Below, piece after piece: positions 54,978 through 64,000 of a stretch of DNA of 64,000 nt; positions within the stretch are counted from its first letter, which is position 1, and each line of letters opens with the position of its first letter. Location: NCBI GenBank assembly GCA_012295275.1, contig CM022668.1, forward strand, positions 5,890,001 through 5,954,000, in the 5' to 3' direction. A program made the position numbers and the translations under genes. Below the pieces are notes generated by a model. That model did not search any database, was not told where the DNA came from, and was given only the letters and a program-made list of their open reading frames with translations. Source of the DNA: Chrysomallon squamiferum (lineage: Eukaryota; Animalia; Mollusca).

Positions 54978-57372
54978 ATATATCTATACAAATTTCACCA
55001 TTTTTATATATTTTACTTTGTTTGACACCCAGAAGCTGATGTATTTTTTGTGCTGGGATGTCGTTGAACATCCATTCATTTATATGTACAAATATACACA
55101 TAAAAATACATAGAAATAAACACAAACATAAAAACATACATACATACATACATACATACAAAACATATTAAGTATTTTATTAAAAACTTTTTATACTATA
55201 TTTGAACGTAATACTTTCAAATTGTGTTTATCAAGTAGATGCTAACGTATGTTTAAAATATTTTAACCTAACAAAATTGAGGTTCTGCTTGGCGTAATTT
55301 GAAAGAAAAGAAGAAAAAAAGATGATGATAAAAAATAAAAAATAAAAATACTCGCTTTATTGCAAAACATTTTTTTTTAAACTGACACTACATTTCCCAC
55401 AGGTGGATGTCAAGGTAGGTTGTGTTTGTGAGAAAAGAAAAGAGGAAGAGAATGAATGACTGACTGAATAAATAAATAAATAAATAAGCAGATGCAGTAA
55501 CAATAACCATGAGAACAACAGTCACAAAAATAACAATATCACCAGCAGTAATAATAATAATAATAATAATAATAATAGTAATAGTAATAAAGTAGTAATA
55601 GTAATGATAGTAGAGTAGCAGTAGTAATAATAAAAATAATAATAGTAATAGTAATGATAGTAGTAGTGCCAGTATTAATATTAATAACAGTAATAGTAAT
55701 AATAACAATCATAGTAGTGATAATAATGATAGTAGTATTAATAATAATAATAATCATAATAATAATAGTAATAATAATAAAACACTGAACAATAACTACA
55801 ACAACAAAATAACTAAATTAATTTCACTGTCAATGTTGTCAGCAGCAAAATAACATAACAAAATAACAAACAGATGAAACAGAATGCACCATAACCGATA
55901 TGTTTGCAGGCCAATCAGCTTTATTCGACAAATGATATTTAATATTACTGGAAACAGAAGATAACAATACAAAGGAAAACCAAAACAGAGAAAACCAGAG
56001 AAACAGACAGAGAGAGTTTGTATCATTAATAAAATAAATAAGAGTACATTTTTATATTTTTATTTATTTATTTTGTTTGTTTTTATCTGTCTATCTGTTT
56101 ATTTGTTTGTTTGATTTCTTCTTTTCCACTAAATTATTTTCTTTGTTCTTTCTCATTCTTATTCTCCTTCCTCTTATCATGCTATCGTCACCATCATCAT
56201 TATTGTTATCATCAGCAATTACTGTTAATATGATTATTATTATTATTATTATTATTATTTTTTTTTATTATTATCAGTAAACTGCAGTAATCTTTGCTAG
56301 ACCTTGAAGAAAAAAAAAAAAAACCCAAAAAACCATTATACTAAAATAAATATTTTAAAAGAAAATGCGAAAGAAAGAAATTTTCCATTAATTCTATTCT
56401 ATTTTCATACAGGTGTGGCTAAACAATTTTACGCATATAAATATTTCTTACATCTGTGATATTATGTCTATTTTTGTATGAAAACAAGCGAACAAGTTTT
56501 CAAAGCATAAATGTTCTGCCCTTTTTTTTAAAGTATTTATTCTGCAAACACCCATTTTTAACCGGTTCAGGAATTTGTTTAATGTTAGGTGTGGTGACTT
56601 TATACACTGATGAATAGATAATAAAAAAAGGTCATTTAACTGGGCTTGTTTCAGTTATTTACTGACGATCAAAATCTGTCAGGGTGCGTCTGAAAATATT
56701 AATTTTGAACTCTCAGTCTTTTAAGTATATTTGTCCACTCAGTGAAAAAAGAAGCAGTATATATTATTTGTGTATTAAAAATGTTCAGTTAACAAAAGTG
56801 ATGATAATAATAATAATAATAATAATAATAATAGTAATAGTAACACCAAAACATTAACAGTAATAATAGTACTAATAACAACAATAACCCCAAAAAGCAA
56901 TAGTAATAATAGTAACTAATAATAATAGTGATTATGAATATCTTATACTTTCTTAAAAAAAAAAAAATAATAATAAAATAAAACTGCCAACTATTAGCAA
57001 AAAATACAAAGAAAGAATGAATGACTGAACAAATGATGGAATAAAAAAATGAATAAGTTAATGTGGTAATTTGTAATAGTTTATTGTTAAGAGTTATTAA
57101 ATCTAAACATTCTGGCTGAGTATGATCAAAGAAAGAAGGTGTAGTCATTTTCTTCAGTGTATTTTATATAGTATTCCATACAGGCTACAGCAAATACAGT
57201 TTACACTGGTCATAAAACTCCTGTGTATGTTAGTTTCTGTGTTAGTTTTGAGGTGATGAATATTTTAAATAAATTAAACATTTGTTAACATCAGGTAAGT
57301 ATTCTACATATCTCTTTTATGTTTTTATTTATTTATTTCTTAATAATTTGTCTAATATCTTTCCTTATTTTT

Positions 57373-57474
<102 letters not shown>

Positions 57475-59920
57475 ACTGTATTTTTAATATAATGATAGAG
57501 TTAACAGATAACTCATACTATTCATTTTGTTGCTGGTTGGTGTCCCATTTCATAATGAGGCCATTTAACTATGGGTTGCCACATTTTCTCTTCAGTGTTC
57601 ACACAAATGTGACTTATAACAAATCCTGTGGTGAAAAAGTAAACATTAAACAACATGACAAGTGACACTGAAGAAAAGATTTATTACAAAATGAATATTT
57701 TGAAGTTAAAATTCAACTGTTAACACAGGTAACCACTAGTTAATATATACAGGTGACATTATAAAATAAATAATCAGAAAAAAAAAAAAAAAAAAAAAAA
57801 AATAATGATAATGATAGATAACAAAAATAATTATATATAATAATAAAATCTATACTTACAGCTTATTATTTTATAATAAAGTATGATAAATATAATAAGA
57901 TTGTTATAAAACAACAGAAAGTTTACCACTTACAAACTGGAGTTGGTCTGGTATCTATATTGTTTTCAGAAAAACTAGATGAAAATTAAAAGCAAATCAG
58001 TTCAGCCAGTATGTAGTGATGTCACTACAACAGAAAAATGTCAGCTGTAATTTACTTATTTATTTAAATTATAAATTGTTTTTATTTTTTATTGTTTTAG
58101 ATGCCAAAATAATAATAATAATAATAATAGTAATAATAATGATGATAATAATGGTAATGATAATAATAATAATAATAAGGAAAATGATAATAATAATGAT
58201 AATAATAGTAATAATAATAATGATGATAATAATAATAATGGTAATAATGATAATAAAATAATAACAATAACAATAATAATAATAATAATAATAATAAATA
58301 ACAGTATCAGCAAAGGGACAGTAAATATCATTAAAGACGTATAACTGTAAAGAACAAAAATACTTAAATTTGTAACACTGTATACAAAAATGACACAGAT
58401 CAAAAATCACAAAAAATAATTTTTAGATGTCAGCCAAAAAATATTTTATCATTTATAATCAATTTAGATATACCTGTATACTTTTTATAGATATTATTTT
58501 ATAATTATTTTATATATTAGCCTGCAATTTGTTTAGATACATGCCTTTAATTCTTTTAGATATCATTTTATATTTTTATGTAAAAGCTTGTAATCTTTTT
58601 TCTTCATCTTTTTTTTTTGAGAACAGAATATACAATGTAGTGCAACTAATACATACTAATATTACAAAATATAAACATAAATTAATATGCTACGATTCAG
58701 AAGTCTGAAAACATCAGTAGAAAAAAAAAAAAAAAAAAATGGTTTCTTCTTCTTGTTCAGTTTTAGTCCACTTTTAGTCTGCTTTTGTTAGTGTTTTCAT
58801 CAATGTATTATCACCTTTTTCTGCTTTTTCAAAACTACTGTCATGTGAAAGGATATTTTAGTGGTTTTGCTGCCAGAAGACATTTTCAGTAAAATGATGT
58901 GGCTATAATATAAGTAAAGATAGATCCTCTTCATGTTAAAGTCAGAAAGTGAAGCTGCTACATGAACAATGTTAACAGGCTGACATGAGGTGTGATGCTT
59001 AGGGTCAGATAAAAATGTCTGCCGAAACGCTTGTGAAATGTGGATAATGTTCATCAGTTAATTACTAAACTTGTAGCTTTTTTGTTTTGTTTTTGTTTGT
59101 TAACAAATATGAAGCTGTGAATGTGAATGACTCGTCGTTCAGATGTCTGCTGCTCAATTAACATGCATGTTCAGTTGAAATTCAGTAAAATTTCCAGAGC
59201 TAGATAAAAACATGTCTAACCACCTGGCTTGTAATTAATTATTTTAGGTATCTGTCTACAATACTTTTAGATATCTGACTACAACTCATTTAGATATCGG
59301 ACTATAGTTCATAAAGATATTTGTAATTTGTTATATCTCATTCTATAATTCTTTTGGATATCTGCGTAATTAAATATTTACAGACAAATACAGTAAAATG
59401 TTTGCTCTGTGCAAAGAAACATCATCTTTAAAAGGACAAAAATTTCATTTCTAAAATTTTCTATAATTAAAAACAAATAAAAATTGGGTACTAATAATAG
59501 TGAAAACCATTAGTAAAAGTCAAGCCAAACTGTAGCACTAAATGTAATACAGCAATGGTGGTGATAGTTGTAAAAAAGTCAAGCAAAATCTTACTGTGAA
59601 AATTTTTGTAAATATATAAATTGATATTTAACAGAAATCTTTTTTCTTTTTTTTATATGGACCTCTAAAATATTTACAACAATATTAATATAAAATTTTA
59701 ATTAAAAATTAAGAGTGTAAAATAATTTTTAGTAAGCAGAAACTGCAAATTTCTACAATGGAAACTGATATAACAATGCTTTCAAATAAAAAAAAATACA
59801 TGCCAATTATTAATTTAATAGAGAGATAAAGAAGTTGCTGCTACTGCAAAATATTAGTGATTGTTGTAGCAGCAGTAGTTGTAGTAGCACTTCATGTAGT
59901 CCTGGTGAAATTATTTATCT

Positions 59921-60174
59921 TCAGTTTTGAACTGGTCTTATTTTCATCTCTGTCTTCTTCAGAGAATAGAGGAAGCCTCTCCATGAACTCCAGATTATTC
60001 CATCACCAGATTTATCATTCAGCCCTTGTAGGTACATGCCATTTAGGTGAGAGACATGACACTGTTTGAACCACCAAGCCCCGTGATATTTGTCAGCACA
60101 GTTTATTTCAAAAGTATCCCGATCTTTATCTCTAGTAGTAAAAGCTGTGTTGTTATGATGGAGCAGTGAGTCTC
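59921..60174 (-). CDS. FReP last exon
   Basis: caaaaag|GA GAC TCA...CAA AAC TGA. Confidence 0.92.
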
Positions 60175-60925
60175 CTTTTTGAATAAGAAAAAGAAAAAAA
60201 ACACACAAATGTACATACAGGATAAATAATTGTAGCAAGAACAAGTGCATCATAAATATATGCCATTAGAAACTATAATTATATAAATATGACAAAAAGC
60301 ATAGCTGTCAATGATGTCATCAACAACAATATTACAAAATGAACACTTTGCTAAAACTATCCTACCATTCATAAAAATATTACCAAAAAAAGAAAACAAA
60401 GAAACAGAAAGACAAAAAAAAAAAAAAGAAAAAAGAAAAGAAAAGAAAAAGAAACAAAAAACCAGCAATAAAGAATTTAATGAATACATTCACTTTGGGT
60501 AAATCAGTTATATGACTAGTTAATGATTATCTTTATAGCCATTAATGTAAGAGACTGAGTATTGGCTGCAATTTGAATGTTAGCACATAAGACTGGGTAA
60601 TAATTAAACTTCTTCATAATTACCACAAGAGACTATGATCATCACTGACTGTTGCCATACCAACCTGCGTTTCCGCTGTAAGATCCAATGTGTAAAGCAT
60701 AGTTTTTCTTTTCACTGTCCAGTGAAAATGTCGAGTACATCGCGTAACGTTTGTTTCCTTCAAAGTCTTCTAGATCAACACGTAGCTCGTATGTCTGTTC
60801 ATTTGTTATTTGGTAGATGTTCTCATTTCCTGAAATAATTCACAGCTACATATTTACACTGTTCTTTTACTGCTTTGTAGTGTTATAATGTCAGCTTATA
60901 AAAGAAGGAAAAAGCTATTATAACA

Positions 60926-60997
<72 letters not shown>

Positions 60998-62617
60998 CCT
61001 CCCTCCCTCCCTCTCCCCCTCTCTAAAATTTTATATCTATTTACCTATCTGTATCTCTCTGTTTCTGTTTCAATCTGTCAATCTTTTTATCTCTTTCTCT
61101 GTCTCCATTTCTCTTTCTAGTTTGCTATATATTTATATCTCTATCTTTCTCTCTCTCTCACACTATCTTTTTCAAACTCCCTGTTTCTCACTGTCTCTAT
61201 TTACCTATCTATATCTGTCTGTCTGTGTATCTGTCTCTCCATCTTTCTATCTCTTTCTCTATGTCTCCATTTCTCTTTCCAGTTTGCTATATATATATAT
61301 CTAGATTTAACTCTTACAGGCATTCTCACTCTCTTTCTCACTCTGTCTATCTGTGACTATTTAGCTATCTCGTCCATCACATCAGTTTTTGTTATACCTA
61401 TTTATAGTTATCTTTTTGTACATATGTTATTTACTGTGTCTGTCTGTTTCAAAGTTTACAAATCACATACAACAAATAATCTTTCTTACCCAACCAGAAT
61501 TCTCTTTCTACATCTCCAAAACCTTCCTTGTAATCCTTCCATTTTCTGTAGAAGTCTGTAGATCCATCCATCCTTCTCTGTATCACCTATAACAGCAGAT
61601 TAAAAACAGAATTACCATCTCTATGGAGTTACTAACACTGCAACTAATACTATGGTGACTATGACAAGTACTGCTATTACTACTACTACTACTACTAAGA
61701 AAATACACAACTGTGATGGCAATTACTACTCCTAATAGTAGTACTACAAATGAAACCATAAATATTACTACAACTACTGCTGCTACAACTACCCCTAACA
61801 ATGTTAATACAAATGCCCCCATAACTAATTCTGCTACTACTACTGATCCACTACTACTACTACCCCTAATAGTATTACTACAAATGTCACTATAACTACT
61901 ACTACTAGTACTTCTATTACCTCTAATAATATTAATAATGATGCTACTACATAACTATTACTACTACTACTACTACCATTACTACACTACCCCTAAAAAA
62001 TTACTACAAATGCCACTATAACTACTACTACTACTACCACTAACAGTATTAATATAAAACCAAAACAAGTACAACTATTACACTACTACTACTACTGCCT
62101 CCACTACTAGTGCTACTGCTACTACCACTACTGCTAACACTTCCTCATTACTGCAGCTGCTCCTTCTATAATTACAAGTAGTCAAACTAAACAGGTCAAT
62201 ACAGCTGAATAGTATCACCACAGCAACACAACCAACACATCTCTAAGCATGTTACCACAGTGACCAAAACAAGTTTGTCAAACAACGTACCAACCAGCCT
62301 CCGCAATCTGTGACCATGTCACAAAAAACTTCTAATTTCCTCACTTCAGAAGCAGTCAGCTTGTAGTTTCCACTGCATTTGTTTTCTGCCATCACATCAT
62401 TGCAGTTGTGAGTTACTTTACTAGACTTTGGTCTGGATAAAAATGCTGAAACATATTCGTTATTTTAGATATTAAATATAAAAAACATCCATAGAAATAG
62501 TGACAGATTTACAGACAGGTAGGTAGACAGACAGACAGACTGACAGACACACATGCATTCATACAGACAAGCAGTCTGAATAGCAACTAGTCAAGCAGAT
62601 ATACATACATGCATACA

Positions 62618-62703
<86 letters not shown>

Positions 62704-63075
62704 TATATATATATATATATACATACATACAAAATAGATAAATAAATAGAGAAACAGATTCAAAAACAGAGCCACAGGCTGCTACTATTATTATCAACAA
62801 CATTATGATCACTATCATCATCATCATCATAACAATTATAATTATTATTATTATTGTAGTGGTAGAAGTAATTGAATAGTAGTAGCAGTAGTAGTAGTAA
62901 TAACAGTATTAAGTTCACGTTTAAGACATAAATATTTACAATTAATGCTGCTGTCATCAGATGAAATTTGTATGTCACTGCTACATGGTACACATTTAAC
63001 TTGATTCATGTCTCTCTGGACATGACACTTTGAACCAGATAAGCAGGTTTCAAATCCACAGGCCCCAGCTACTGA
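59921..63075 (-). CDS. Fibrinogen-related (FReP, ficolin/techylectin-like) protein, 3' part; complement join(62940..63075,62291..62445,61490..61586,60665..60829,59921..60174); 5' exons not located
   Basis: [13 protein letters not shown]|[24 protein letters not shown]...EFWLG|NENIY...[11 protein letters not shown]...YSGNAG|DSL...FTTRDKDRD...NCA...GAWWF..CH.SHLNG...EMKIRP*. All splice phases are consistent (807 nt). Confidence 0.93.
60665..60829 (-). CDS. FReP exon
   Basis: atttcag|GA AAT GAG...GCA G|gttggt. Confidence 0.92.
61490..61586 (-). CDS. FReP exon
   Basis: gttatag|GTG ATA CAG...TTG G|gtaaga. Confidence 0.92.
62291..62445 (-). CDS. FReP exon, start of FBG domain
   Basis: gtttcag|...TGG TTG|gtacgt; HNCNDV...[13 protein letters not shown]. 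Confidence 0.9.
62940..63075 (-). CDS. FReP exon, small Cys-rich (EGF-like) module
   Basis: ttttgcag|TCA GTA GCT...AAT T|gtaaat; [31 protein letters not shown]. Confidence 0.75.
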
Positions 63076-63641
63076 CTGCAAAAAAAAAAATGGTTTTTCT
63101 TAACAGTAGTTTGTCTACCTCTCTGTATACAAGTTATAATTTTCGTGTATACATGTACATATATTCACACTGAGACAGACATAAACACACACAAGTACAT
63201 GTGATACATATACATACATACATACATATATATCTACATACATATCTAAATATATATATATATGAAAATAAATCTATCCACATGTTCATGTATGTTTCAA
63301 AATTCTCTAAAATTTTCTCTAATATCACAGCTTTTGAAATCTTGGTTTGTGTACATTTCTTACCTTTATTTTACTTTTTATTTTTAATTACTTTTTAAGA
63401 TATTTTTTTTATTTGTTTATTATTCTTTTTGTGTGGTGGTCCAGGAAAATGTCTGTTTCAATCTATTTTGTTTAAATTGTAACAAAACACTAAAGTACGT
63501 TATCCTAAAAGGAAAATTTAATCTGTGCACTATAAAATGTGTTTCTGGTTAACCTATTATGTTTAATTAAATCTAATTTGAAAAATTTCCTAAAACAACT
63601 AAATTTTTGGATTTTTCCAATTTTTCATTCTCTTTTTTCAT

Positions 63642-63672
<31 letters not shown>

Positions 63673-64000
63673 TTTTGAGATAAAAGGAAACAAACGTGAT
63701 ATCATATATCACTGTAATGGTTGCTAAATGATCTATTGCCACTGCACACAAATACATACTGTTTGTGCACTGTTCAAAGCCAGCAAGCTTATCAATCATT
63801 TTTAGTCTCACATTTTTCAAAAACTTTACTTACATTTGTAACTGTATCAAAACTTATCACCTTATACTATTCCCCTCCTAAGAGAGAAACAACTAAATAC
63901 CAAACAGTATTTGTTTTGTTTTGTCAGATGGTAATATTGTTGTTCTTTTGGTTTTATTTTTTTTCAGTGTTGCACAATAGTTTCTGTGATTACCAGCAAA

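Noticed and set aside
63638-63890. Possible upstream FReP exons
   Set aside because: A donor exists at ~63833, but I found no convincing in-frame coding exon or signal peptide.

Overview
AT-rich, very microsatellite-dense animal DNA with GT-AG spliced genes and a (TTAGGG)n tract. Gene content and composition suggest a mollusc, plausibly a coleoid cephalopod (inference only). Most of the supplied ORFs are translations of simple repeats, so I rebuilt genes by hand from splice sites and exon phase. (1) Two tandem + strand Cys-loop (nAChR-like) subunit genes. Gene A is 5'-truncated (596-3012). Gene B has 7 exons (6079-15308). Both have a cation-type GEK pore but lack the loop C vicinal cysteines, so they are probably not ACh-binding alpha subunits. 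They share patchy near-identical tracts suggestive of gene conversion. Gene B has a 2-nt frameshift in its last exon that removes M4. (2) A 13-exon minus-strand gene (36265-22866, ~633 aa): signal peptide, charged stalk with an exon-encoded L.SEELLP repeat, RVRR furin site, SEA-like region, two EGF-like modules, TM helix and short tail. (3) A 2.9-kb 27-bp satellite with higher-order structure just upstream of that gene. (4) A decayed Penelope-like retroelement (~53-54 kb). (5) The 3' five exons of a minus-strand fibrinogen-domain (FReP) gene (63075-59921), plus an inverted orphan pseudo-exon at 51980. Also a TA-flanked MITE, a 53-bp minisatellite, an interstitial telomeric repeat and a duplicated intron segment. 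I could not resolve a gene in 40-52 kb.
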